DNA of 64,000 nucleotides from Octopus sinensis (Eukaryota), in assembly GCF_006345805.1 (NCBI RefSeq), contig NC_042997.1:212226001-212290000 (forward strand), read 5' to 3'. Within the stretch, counting starts at the first letter, position 1. Each line of letters opens with the position of its first letter. Of the stretch, positions 39,029 to 51,946 are shown in pieces. The translations under genes and the position numbers were made by a program. The notes beneath the pieces were generated by a model, which saw nothing but the letters and a program-made list of their open reading frames with translations, was not told the origin of the DNA and made no database searches.

Positions 39029-39799
39029 TTAAGCATTAAGGGAGAAAAAGGGCAACCCTATAACTGAAGGAGAATAGAAGGCAAGGGGATTCTAGGTGGG
39101 GGTGGGTGGGGTGATGGAAGAGGGTAAAGTATGATGAGAGGAACAAACTGATGGTTGTGAGGAAAGAGTAAGAGAGTTGGACTCTTTTGAGGGAAGAAGT
39201 ATGGAAGGGACAGGAAGAAGAGGAGGTACTTGTGTCAGGAGTTAGAAAGTGAGTGACAGAATGGTAAAAAGGATACACAAACGATAAATATATTTCTTTA
39301 CTACCCACAAGGGGCCAAACATAGAGGGGACAAACAAGGACAGACAAACGGATTAAGTCGATTACATCGACCCCAGTGCGTAATTGGTACTTATTTAATC
39401 GACCCCGAAAGGATGAAAGGCAAAGTCTACCTTGGCGGAATTTGAACCCAGAACGTAACGGCAGACGAAATACGGCTACGCATTTCACCCGGCGTGCTAA
39501 CGTTTCTGCCAGCTCACCGCCTTAAATGATAAATATATAACACACACACACACGTAATATATACACACAAGTTTCTTATTTATTTCTTTTTCTTCTTTTG
39601 ATTTAATTTATCAAACCAACACTGGCAAAATTTCTTTAGATGAAAGTCCAAAATTAAGATATGCAGACTGTGAGAAAGACAAAGATGCCAAGAGTAGAAG
39701 AGTACAAGAGTGATTAAAAGAAGAGAATGATGTAAATAAACAATAATTGAATAGATACAGAAATAAGCATTGACAAATAGAGACAATGAAATGTCTTAC

Positions 39800-39826
39800 G
39801 TTTATAGTGGAAGGCTATACTGAAAC
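39800..39826 (-). CDS. Candidate micro-exon, 27 nt (FSIAFHYK, phase 1->1)
   Basis: CTTCCTTATATTTCAG acceptor and AAC|GTAAGA donor; only one frame is open. Confidence 0.4.
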
Positions 39827-39969
39827 CTGAAATATAAGGAAGTCACTGGAAGGTGATGGGTTAATTAGTAAACCGTTTAATAATCTGTAATTATGCAATT
39901 GTCTACTTAAGTAGACAGAAGTTTCAGGACAGGTAATTTGTGTTCACTATTTAAAATAGAAAATATTAC

Positions 39970-39988
39970 GTGTAAAAGATGGAAAACC
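39970..39988 (-). CDS. Candidate micro-exon, 19 nt (GFPSFT+R, phase 0->1)
   Basis: TTTTACAAATATTTTCAG acceptor and CAC|GTAATA donor. Confidence 0.3.
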
Positions 39989-41899
39989 CTGAAAATATTT
40001 GTAAAACAGAAGAGGACTGGTACCGAATAATAGGAAAAAATAATTAGAAAATACTTTATGATACTCCATGTATTGAAGAAATGTTATGAAAGGGATCAAT
40101 AAATCCCTCTACACACACATACACATACAAGCATATGTGTACAAACATCTCCATACACACTTGTTCACATATATACACACACACATACATACACACAAAC
40201 TCAAATACATACATATGTACACACATCTAAACACAGTGAAAAACATAATAAACTGATTGATGCTTGGGTCAAAATGATTAATTAATGGCTGGATTAGGGG
40301 GAAATAAAGGCAAAGGTGTAGCCATGAGGTTTGAGAAATTTGCTTTGTAACCAAGTGGTTGTAGGTTTGTCAGTGGATTGGTAGACAGAAACTGTGCTGA
40401 AGCCCAATATACACTCACAGACACATAAATGTTGATTCTTATCAGAAGGAGTCCATCCAAAACATTGAATTTTCCACCTTCCATGGCAATCTCACTCTAC
40501 TCGTTCTGCCAACTTTTCTGTTTAATGGCCATCTCTCCCATTGCTTGGTCTGTATTCTTTCTTCTACTCACAGTTCATCACTACTATCTTTTTCTTCTTT
40601 CCAGATACTTCCATCCACTCCAATATAATGTCAGGTAACTACACATCTATAATAAGACACCTGTGCTTGTCCAGGGACCATCATACTCTAGCTTCTCATA
40701 CACATGGCATAAAGGCACCCCACTCTCTGCTATAACTCCATGAAATTAAGGGCAAGGCGTTTCTTTGATTTATGAGTTATTTGGCAAACTCACTAGAGTA
40801 AGGGGTATGTAAAAAAAAAAAATCACCAAAAACACTCAATAAAGTGGTTAGCGTAAGGAAGGGCAGCCAGCCATAGAGACCACGCCCAAGCAAACACTGA
40901 CCTCCAGTTCATTAGATTCTGTCCAACCTCTGCCAATATGGAAGATGGACGTTAAACCTTTTCATACCTAAGACCACCCTTGGTTTATATGATACAAACT
41001 TAACTGTTTTAATGCAATCGGAGTTAATAGCTTCCATCAAAATTTCAGGTCGATTTATGCTCTGAACACCAGCTTAACAATGGCTAAAATATAATATTAA
41101 ATTCTGCATTATTTTCAAAATTTATTGAAAGAAAGGTAGTGTATGTTTACAGGAATATGGTAACAAAGCAGCTATATGATGAGTATACACAACACACACA
41201 TGCTGATATGCTGTAAAAAGCACCCAGCACACTCTGTAGAGTGGTTGGCATAAGGAAGGGCATCCACTCATAGAACCCGTGCCAAAACTGATAATTGGAG
41301 GCTGGACAGCTCTCTAGCTGGTCAGCGCCTATCAAACTGTCCAACCCATGCCAGCATGGAGAACGGACATTAAACAACAATGATGAGGATATACAGTTAT
41401 ACCATCATCATTGGGTAAATAAGTTATTTTTTATCAAACATGACTAGCCTGGGAACCTTTTGATATCACCTTGCAGCTTCTAACAATATCTGAAGAAAAC
41501 ACCTGACTCCAGTTCTGGATGGAAACTTGAGAATGACCCTCCTCCAATCAACATGGCAATTGCCCCTGCTGAAGACTACTAGTGGATCATAACTAATCAC
41601 ACATATATTACATTCAGCATACATTATTCGTTTCATAATCCATCATCTTTTCCCTTCCCATTCCAGGTGTACTGAAGAACCTTTTTGTCATTGCTTCAAT
41701 CTGAGAAAAGAAAGCGTTGGTGAAAGCAAAGAGTTGTCAGAATTATCTATGGCAAAAAGATAGTCGACATCGCCAACAAACCCTGTTTTGCACCTGATTG
41801 CACCACGAGTTGACCTGCAAACACTCAGGTGAAGGTACCGACTTGCCCCGTCGATCTTTATGGTTCCACTTCCCATTGGTTAACCGTGCAACTGGCCTC

Positions 41900-42640
41900 T
41901 CTCATGAAAATCTCACCTGAAAAGGTTTGCTGCTCTGTTGTCATTGCAGCTAGAACTAGCAAGGAATGGGCTTACTCTGAGGTGAGATGGTCAAACTACA
42001 GACAAACCACTTGTCTTCCACATTCTTGAATGCTGCAACAAGACCCTCAGGAAAGATCTCACACAGACGTTTGGTATGCTGGCTTCCAGCGATGAGTGAA
42101 CAATCCTTAGTTATATTTAAGTCCCAGGCTGTCCGCCAAGAAAATGTCATGGTCACTGCTGTGCAGCTACAACAGATGCGCCAGGGCTAGGAGGAACACA
42201 TCAGGGCCTTCATTGCACGTCTTTGAGGGCTGACATCTGCAACTTCAAGGTGGAATGGCCCTCGGAGGCCTGCCATGCCACAACTGATTACAGCAACATT
42301 ATAGTCCATGATGCTCTTGTATGTGTGTCGGAGGACGAGGAGATCTACCTTGATTCCAAGCAAGACATAACCCTGGAAGAAGCCCTGAGGAATGTGGAAC
42401 CAAATGAAAGTGGAAAAGACTCAGCCAGCCACAGTACCAATTCAACCAGTGCAGCCTCCAGCTAGGTGCCAGGAGCGGCACCGCTTGGTCAATAAATCAG
42501 GTGAACCCTATGCTACATCTACCCCAATCCCCTGCAGTCACCGTGGAAAACAAAGCCACGGATGTCAGGTACAGGAATGCCTGAGGAAATGCCCCACCTA
42601 CAACCACAAGTGCACTATGTGCGGCACCCTGCACCACTAT
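41900..42640 (+). mobile_element. Ty3/Gypsy gag relic
   Basis: QLQQMRQG*EEHIRAFIARL, ITLEEALR, and a Cys/His knuckle CPTYNHKCTMCGTLHH; contains stops and frameshifts. Confidence 0.65.
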
Positions 42641-44379
42641 GGGAATGTTGTCCCAGTGATTGTAGGGGCACTGGGAACACCAACAACCAGGTTTGAGAAA
42701 CTGGGATTGACATGAGGGGAGAAGATGCTCAGAAAAATTTCTCTCTTGAGGACAGTGAGGATTTTGAGACTGGTACTTGGATGTTAAGTATGATGGAAAA
42801 GGACTCTACGAGACCCTTGACAACAGGTTGTCATTTGCTCTTACAGAATTATCCAGAGCAAGTAAAATTGAGAACTATGAGAAGTGAAATAATAATAATC
42901 ATCATCATCATCATTTAAAGTCCGTTTTCCATGCTGGCATGGGTTGGACGGTTCGACTGGGGGCTGGGAAGCCAGGAGGCTGCACCAGGCTCCAGTATGA
43001 TCTGGCAGTGTTTCTACAGCTGGATGCCCTTCCTAACGCCAACCATTCTGAGAGTGTAGTGGGTGCTATTTACATGCCAGGGGGAGGCTGGATAATAATA
43101 ATTGATGGGTAGAGAGTACATGACAACAGTAGGAATGATGTCAAAGCCTTCATCATTTTGAATTAAAATTTGTTTAAAACAACAATGAATGATGATGAGT
43201 CATAAAATAATGATATGTGGACTGCCACAGACATCCAAATCATCAGAACTTGATGCCAATATACAAATAAAGTGATCAATTTAGCTCCCAGAATGTGACC
43301 ACCACAAAAAAAGTAATTTGAATTAGAAGATTCTTGGAAATGTCCATACTTTCAGCTGCTAAACAATATTTTTAATTAATTCGGAAACCATTATCAGAAC
43401 AATGATGGAAGAAAGAATTCAAAGAAAATATATCTCTGGAAAAACAACACCTAAATAATCCAGTTGGAAACATTTAGCTTTCATTTTCCAAAACGTATTC
43501 ATGGCATGCCCGAGTGGAATATCATTCAACCTGAAATCAGCTTGAACTAATATGGGGATCTTGCCTTCATCTGCATACAAATGTGCAGGTAACTTTTAAA
43601 AAAATCATCACTTAACATCTGTGTTTCATGCTGGCATGGGTCGGATGATTTCACTGGATTCAGTAGGTTGAAGAATGGCACTGCACTCCACTACCAACTT
43701 TCTAAAATAGTTGGTATGAGGAAGGGCATCCAGCTGTGGACAACATCTCAGAGTGCACTGGGTGCTTTTATTTTTTTGTGCACTTATAGGTCACCATACA
43801 ATTTGTTAGACAACGCACCTTGAAAGATATGGAGAGTTTTATGTTTGGAGATAAGGGGGTTAAAGTATGAAAGAAGGATTCAGAGCACAACAGAGGAGCT
43901 GCATGGTTACTTACACTAGAGGAGAGGGTAGTGGTAAGGGGTCAGTGTAGAGCTTCAAGGTAAGGAGTAAAAGTAATTGAGGATAGAAGAACAGGGGGTG
44001 TGTGTAGGTAGAGATTACAAGAGTATAAGGGGATACGGAGAGATAGGGGAACGGATGAATATAGTGAAAGAAGAGCAAGAAATAAGGAAGACTACGAGAT
44101 AACTGTCCAAAGTGAATAAGAGGGGGGGGGTAAGCATTATGTCATTTTTTTTTTTTTTTTCACCTATACTAATCAACCTTACTTTTCAAAACGAGGTTAT
44201 TTGATTATTGATTATTAATCATATGTTATCATTAGTTGTTTTGTTTTTATCCTAGATTCTGACATCATCCTTCTATAAATGGTTAAAGCACTTTAGCAGT
44301 TACTATGAATAAGGCTGTAGGGCAGAGGATGTCCAGATTTATTTTGGTCAAGTCTCTTTGGTAAATAACTGATTCTTTC

Positions 44380-44383
44380 TAAA

Positions 44384-44419
<36 letters not shown>

Positions 44420-44785
44420 CACACATATATAGATATACATACATACAAATATATATATATACACATATACATATATTTATATACACATATATATACATAC
44501 ATATATCAACACATATATACATACATATACACATATATAGATATACATACATACAGATATATATATATATATATACACATATACATACATTTATATACAC
44601 ATATATATACATACATATATACACACATATATACATACATACATATATACACACATATATACATACATACATATACACATATATAAATATTTATATACAC
44701 ATATATACATATACACACACATATATATATACATTACAAACATACATATATAAACATATACATACATATATATATATATATACAT
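44380..44785. repeat. (TA/CA) compound microsatellite
   Basis: Direct inspection; similar tracts at 57750-58030 and 58430-58830. Confidence 0.95.
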
Positions 44786-45250
44786 CATGATCATCCTTTA
44801 ACGTCCGCTTTCCATGCTAGCATGGGTTGGACGATTTTGACTGAGGTCTGGCGAACCAGATGGCTGCACCAGGCTCCAATCTTGATCAGGCAGAGTTTCT
44901 ACAGCTGGATGCCCTTCCTAATGCCAACCACTCCAAGAGTGTAGTGGGTGCTTTTACGTGCCACCAGCATGGGGCCAGTCAGGCAGTACTGGCAACGACC
45001 TCGCTCGAATCTTTTTACACATGCCACCAGTACAGGTGCCAGTAAGGCAATGTTGGTAACGATCCCGCTCAAATGGTGCCCTTTTACATGCCACCGGCAC
45101 GGAAGCCATTTGGCTGCTCTGGCAATGATCATGCTCGGATGGTGCTCTTGGCACTCTACTAGCATGGGCACAAGTGCCAGTAAGGCGACGCTGGTAATGA
45201 TCACACTTGAATGGTGCCTTTTGTGTCCCACTGGCACGGAAGCCAGTTCG
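44785..45250 (-). mobile_element. Family A copy
   Basis: Same subfamily as 226-800. Confidence 0.85.
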
Positions 45251-46952
45251 GAACGGAAGTGAAATGCCATGAAGACAAGGCTGATGGAAATGATAGAGGT
45301 ACTAAAATACAGAAGAACAAGTAGGGTAATTGAAAGACTAACTCTGTACGTCCAGTACAATCAGGTACAGTAAAAGAGGTGTACAAGATGCATCTTGAAA
45401 TGTAATCTTGTCAATATAAATTGAGAAAAAAAAAAACTATCTGCCAGAAATGTGAAGTTTGGTAAGCAGTAAGAGTTATTTAAATGTCTGTCAGTTAAAA
45501 TTTGGAGACAAGAAGTTGATTTAGTTCTTAACATCATTTTTATTCTTGCCAATGAAACTGGAAACTGATCAATTATTAAATAATATCTCTTAGCAAAAGA
45601 GGCAGTATTAATAGCAAGTGGTAATATTTATCTCCACTTGAGCGTGGATGTTCTGTTGGAACAAACTGTACTGTGCTAGTGGCCATGAGAGAAACTCTCG
45701 TATTGCACTTTCGTTTACATTACAAGCAGGGAGATAAAAACACCTCCAGATCCTGCAATTTCGGACTTCCGCTAATGATGGACACTTAACTGCTAGAAAC
45801 AGCAATGACTCATTCCCGCCACCAGAGAATAAAAAGTAACAGAACAAGTGCTGGTGTCGTGATGATTAACCAGTTTGCTCGTTAGCAAAAGAGGCAGTAT
45901 TAATACAGAGAGGAGGTAATATTTATTCCCACTCAAACGTGGATGGTGTCTATACTGTGCTAGGTACCAATGAGAGAAAATCTCAGACTGCTCTCTGCTA
46001 CAAAATGCATGCTTATTTATATCACTGGGAGAGAAATACACACCACCTCCAACACCAAGACCACCAAACCTTGCAATTTCGACCTTCCTTCATCTTATCA
46101 ATCCAATATATATATAGGCTGTTGCCAGCCTCCCCTGGCATCTGTGCTGGTGGCACATAAAAAGCACCATCTGTACGTGGTCGATGCCAGCACCACCATG
46201 ACTGGCTTCAGTGCCGGTGGCAAGTAAAAAGCACCAACCGATCGTGACCGTTGCCAGCCTCCCCTGGCACCTGTGCCGGTGGCACGTAAAAGGCACCCAC
46301 TACACTCCCGGAGTGGTTGACGTTAGGAAGCTGTAGAAACTCTGCCAGATTAGACTGGAGCCTGGTGCAACCATCTGGTTCGCCAGAGCTCAGTCAAATT
46401 GTCCAACCCATGCTAGCATGGAAAGCGGACAGTAAACAATGATGATGATTTCTAAATCTGAAATATTACAAGTTACAGTTCAACACAGAAGAAAGATGTT
46501 CCAGATGTGGCCATCACTTCATATATTTCCCAATGTATCTTGTAGAGTATGATTCGAGGAAGTCTAGCTGTTATTTCTAGCAGGTCAACTGACTCACTTA
46601 TTGGCCCCAATTATAAGAAGAAAAAATAATTGTCTTGTGTTAATTAGACAATTCCCGATTGTCTTGCATGGAATAACAGACTTGCTAACTGCCATTCTAA
46701 CGTTGATAGTTTTTACCGTTACTGACTGAGTATTCAGTGAGAGTTATTGGTGCCAAAGACTTGCAATATTCCTGGTTTTTATTTCATTTTCTAATCCTAT
46801 GACTCGTCATCACCGAATCATTGACCATTGAGTTTGTCAGAAACATACATCAATTGCTCCGAACCTTTTTACTTTCGGCTGCTGCTCTCGGATTCTGGTT
46901 AATCAAAAATCCTTTCACGCTTACAATTTGCTTGTAAGTAACAAAAATATTC

Positions 46953-47558
46953 ATCATCATTATCATTTAACATCTGCTTTCCATGCTAGCATGGGTTGGA
47001 CGATTTTGACTGAGGTCTGGCAAACCAAACTCCAGTCTGATCTGGCAGTGTTTCTACGGCTGGATACCCTTCCTAACGCCAACCACTCCGAGAGTGTAGT
47101 GGGTGCTTTTACGTGCCACTGGCACGAGGGCCAGTGTGGTGATACTGGCAATGGCCATGCCCAAATGGTGCTTTGTATGTGCCACCTGCACAGGAGCCAG
47201 TCCAGCAGCACTGGCGACAACCTCGCTCGAATGTTTCACATGCCACCAGCACAAGTGCTAGTAAGGCGACGCGGTAACGATCCTGCTCGAAGGCCAGCTT
47301 GTTACTCTGGCAACGATCTCACTCGTATGGTACTATTAGCGCTCCACTAGCAACGGATGCCAGTCATCGAATTTGATTTCGACTTGGATTTCACTTGCCT
47401 CAACTGGTCTTCACAAGCAGAGTTTAGTGTCCAATGAAGAAAAGGCACACATAAGTGGACTGGTTACACCCCTAGCATAGGCCACAAGGTTATGGTCACA
47501 CTTGTGCTTGCCGAGTCTTCTGAAGCACAGCATATTTCCAGAGGTCCCGGTCACTAGT
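46953..47558 (-). mobile_element. Family A long copy including the RTE-like ORF2 C-terminus (TSDRDLWKYAVLQKTRQAQV*)
   Basis: A DR..W..AV-type end is typical of RTE-clade ORF2; it is followed by the 3' UTR and (GAT)n tail. Further A copies lie at about 10990-11220, 17060-17435, 24020-24190, 26143-26285, 31990-32180, 32426-32640, 41215-41390, 42898-43090, 46110-46450, 47850-48095 and 52075-52390. Confidence 0.8.
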
Positions 47559-49359
47559 TCTAGATGAAGGAAACGAACGATATTCAACAGAAATAAACGA
47601 TATTTATGAGATTGGAAAAAAAACAAATGTTAGATAAATCTGGCCAACAACTCTCTGAAGTTCTGATCAGACTGAATGTAGGATGTAAAACAGTGGAGAG
47701 GGGATATAAACTCACCCTATGTTTCACCTAACGGGTGGTTCGTTATATCACAATTGTCAAGCAACAGAATTAAAACTTCATTTCTACATCTGCCTTGTTG
47801 TAATTGATGTTGTTTAACCATAGATCAACCCTCACAGATTTAACCACTCCGGTGGCAAGTAAAAAGCACCAACCAATCGTGGCCGCTGTCAGCCTCGCCT
47901 GGCACCTGTGCCAGTGGCACGTAAAAAGCACCCGCTACACTCATGGAGTGGCTGGCGTTAGGAAGGTCATCCAGCTGTAGAAACACTGCCAGATCAGACT
48001 GGAGCCTGGTGCAGCCTCCTGGCTTCCTAGACCCCGGTCGAACCGTCCAATCTGTGCTAGCATGGAAAGCGGACGTTAAATGATGATGATCATGATGAAA
48101 TGTATTCGCCTAATATGTCCGCATGGTGTTAAGTCAGTAGGGTATGATTAGAGGGAGCTCTGACTATTATTTCTTGATGGTTGAGCATCCAAGTCAGGCA
48201 TCGGGGAGGAGACGGGTTATCATGGTTGCTTAGCGTACCTGTTGTTTGTGATGAGGGATAGAAACCAGTGAAGCCACTGTGCGGGAAATTTATCGAAATC
48301 CACCTCGTTTTGTAAATAAGATTCATGTCATTCTCACCTCTAAAGGCTAATATTATTTTCACACGTTTTACTTGTAAAATATTAAAAACAGTAAAATCAA
48401 TTGAAAATGTTTCAAAATTCGTGAATAATTATCAAATTTATATTTAGTTATTGTTTAAAAATATGCAGCAACTAATATTATCTCTAAAGATAAACACTGA
48501 TAAACAATATTCAAAATAAATGTGGTCCCCCCCTCCCACTCACCTACCCACCGAAATAGACAATACACTAACGACTTTAATGTGTTGTCACATTCTACTG
48601 TCTACATTAATGATGGAATCACAATGTTGAATTCTAAAAAACATAAAGAATTTGCTACAGATGGAATACAAAAGTTATAATTGTAAAGTACTGTACAGGT
48701 TAGACCTCACCAAAATGCCATGGTCACATGACTTCATTTCTATTTATAGACATAATTCTATTAAACCATAGAACAATGGCAGCAAAATTTAGTCTACTAA
48801 AATATAACTCCATCATGGCCACAACATGCTGGCCAGTGTAGTTTACTTCAAAGTAAAACCATTGGCTGCAAGTGTAGAGGATGGGTTTCCACTTGCCTCT
48901 TTCTCTTTACCAGTCTTGGAAGCCATGAGAAGCAGGTCAGGAGTGCAGCTGACTAAACAAGACAAAACTGTAATTATGGCAACTGATGTAGCAAAGCTAT
49001 TGTAGCAGCTAATTATAAGGCAATTGGGTTTCACACGAATCTGTAATAAGATGTCAGCAGTGAGTAGAGCTGAAATCCTGTCTCCATGCATGAAACAGGC
49101 TTAAGGTATCCCTGTTGACGGATGTTTGATATTGCTCCCTTGGTGTATATAGGGGAGCAACATTATCAATTAAATGAAACAGAATGAATAATGAGAAGTA
49201 AGGCAATATTTCATCAGTCGTCAATCAAGTTGCTAGGTTGTGTTTTAAGCTTCAACTGCTAAAATGTGAAACGGTCCAATGCTGTGAGGTTTCAAATATG
49301 AAGACAGTGCGTCACACACACTTCCTATTCTGCTTACAGAAGTATTACTCTCTCTCTCT

Positions 49360-49577
49360 CTTTTACTCTTTTACTTGTTTCAGTCATTTGACTGCGGCCA
49401 TGCTGGAGCACCGCCTTTAGTCGAGCAAATCGACCCTGGGACTTATTCTTTGTAAGCCCAGTACTTATTCTATCGGTCTCTTTTGCCGAACCGCTAAGTG
49501 ACGGAGACGTAAACACACTAGCATCGGTTGTCAAGCAATGCTAGGGGGACAAACACAGACACACAAACACATACACA

Positions 49578-49619
<42 letters not shown>

Positions 49620-50160
49620 CAACAGGCTTCTTTCAGTTTCCGTCTACCAAATCCACTCACAAAGCATTGGTCGGCCCGGGGCTATAGCAGAAGACACTTG
49701 CCCAAGATGCCACGCAGTGGGACTGAACCCAGAACCATGTGGTCCGTTAGCAGGCTACTTACCACACAGCCACTCCTGCGCTGTATTGTGGACTTATACA
49801 CAAGAGGGTAAGAAGTTTGCTTCTGAACCACGTGATTCCAGGTTCAGTCCTACTGCACAGTGCCCTGGCCAAGAGGATTTGGTCGACAGAAACTGAAAGA
49901 AGCCTGTCATATGCATGTGTGTGTGTGTGTATATATATATGTGCGTCTGTGTTTGTTCTCCACTATTGCTTGACAACCAATGTTGGTTTGTTTATGTCCT
50001 TGTAAGTTAGCAGTTCAGCTAAAAGACTCTGATAAAATAAGTACCAGGTTTCAAAAAGAAATAAGTACTGGGGGTTGATTCGTTTCACAAAGCCCTTCAA
50101 GGTGGTGCCCCAGCATGGCCGAAGAAGTCTAATGACTGAAACAAGTAAGAGATAAAGGAT
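49360..50160. mobile_element. Head-to-head family B pair (49360-49778 minus; 49806-50160 plus)
   Basis: Inverted near-full-length copies separated by about 27 nt. Confidence 0.85.
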
Positions 50161-50531
50161 ACAACTAGATGTTGTGGTGAATAGAAAAGAGTAGAGAAGT
50201 CTATATATCATAAATATAAAGTAGTACAAGTGACAAGTCAGTCATCTTCATATTATTGATGACACAGTACGAACTAGAAAGTTAAACCAACAAGAGAGCC
50301 TCTATGTACCAGCTTGAACTGCTAGAAACAGCTAGCAAGTCTCTCACAAATCAAACTATCAACTTAACAAAAAAATGAAAAACATCTTATCGGATAAAGT
50401 AGTACTAGATACAATATTTCAAGAAAGGAAAAGACAGGATGGTCATGGCTGGAACAATGTTGATCACAAATCTGCCAGTTTGCTTCTACTCAGTTAAGCT
50501 CATCATTCATATTTGAAGATCTTATTGGAAA

Positions 50532-51060
50532 GTAAGGCAGCAAGCTAGAAGAATCATTAACCAGCAAAAATATGCAGTGGCATTTCATCGGCCTTTACGT
50601 TCTGAGTTCAAATCCTGCTGAGGCTGACTTTACAGTACAATAAGTGCCTGTTGAACAGTGGGGTCAATGTACTGACATCCCCTCCCTTAAAATTGCTGGC
50701 CTTGTGCCAAAGTTTGAAACCAATATTTCATTGAAAAGTAAGGCAGCAAGATGGCAGAATCATAAGCATTTTGTCCAGCTTTACATTATGAGTTCAAATT
50801 CTGCCAAAGTCAATTTTGCCTTTCATCCTTTCAAGGTCAATAAAATAAGTACCAGTTGAGTACTGGGGTCCATGTAATCGACTTACCCCCTCTCCTCTCC
50901 CCAGAATTTGTTGGCCTTGTGCCAAAATTTGAAACCAATATTTAAGGCGGTGAGCTGGCAGAATCGTTAGCACAATGGGCAAAATGACTAGTGGCATTTC
51001 GTTCATCACACGTTCTGAGTTCAAATTCTGCCAAGATCAACTTAGCTTTTCATCTTTTCA
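50532..51060 (+). mobile_element. Three head-to-tail family C SINEs, tail type C2
   Basis: Repeated TAAGGC..AGC heads and GGCCTTGTGCCAAAATTTGAAACC tails. Similar clusters lie at 60842-61210, 62908-63135 and 7668-7882 (-). Confidence 0.75.
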
Positions 51061-51898
51061 GGGTGGTTCTGTCACTCATTATTGAAATATTGGTACTAAT
51101 GGCAGCATTAGTACCAATGTCTTGATAACGAGTGACAGAAATATTGGCCTTTTCCAAAACTAACTGACCCAAAAGAAATCAGTTTTTATGGTTATACAAC
51201 CTATGATCAGGTGGGCTGGATTTTTTTGTATTTTATGAGAACTGTGATATGAGGGAGATTTGGCTGCTATTTCTCATAAGTGAAAAAAATCACCTAGAAG
51301 CTCCTTCATTGATCTAATTCATATCTGACAATGTATGTGAAAAGTTGAGCTAATGAAACATCTCCCTCACAAACTGGAGATCAATCATATTTATCTAAGC
51401 TCAGCAAAACCATTCCTAGAGGAAGGCATTGCTATTTTCATCTAATCCTCATCAAAAATTCAACTCTGTTGTAAATATTTAAAACCTACATCATTTAAAT
51501 AATACTAGAGGCAAATTTCCTCTGAACTGGTTAAACAGCTCAAGATAAAACTATGTTAATTTCTATAATGAGGTGCTTAAGAGGTCCAACTAAAGGTTTA
51601 GCTAGCTGAGAGAATGATCTCACAGATTAATGGCTCTGGTTTCAGCTTTAAGAGCTGCTCTGCGGATGGCGGATACACCTTACTCTTTTTTTCTTCTTTC
51701 GACTAGCTTCCAGATCTACTTACAGTTTTTGTAGGATTAACAGATTAACTGCTTAAGCTAGTTCATTAGGCACGTGTTAGCAAATGTAATGCTTATCAAA
51801 ATAGCCAAGCTAACTGACAATAATGAAGGGAGATCTCTGAAACTTTTCAGCATACACTCATGTGTATGGATATATACACACACACTAACAAATGTATG

Positions 51899-51946
<48 letters not shown>

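Noticed and set aside
32809-40634. Plus-strand acceptor/donor pairs at 32809-32852 and 40605-40634
   Set aside because: No plus-strand gene evident here; kept as a measure of background for the micro-exon hypothesis
49126-49170. Imperfect hairpin TTGATA-TTGCTCCC/GGGAGCAA-TATCAA
   Set aside because: Too short and bulged to stand out from background
41460-51740. Further weak minus-strand micro-exon candidates (near 41480, 43350, 46880, 47720, 48350, 48720, 51700)
   Set aside because: One splice site is weak in each and the phases could not be chained unambiguously
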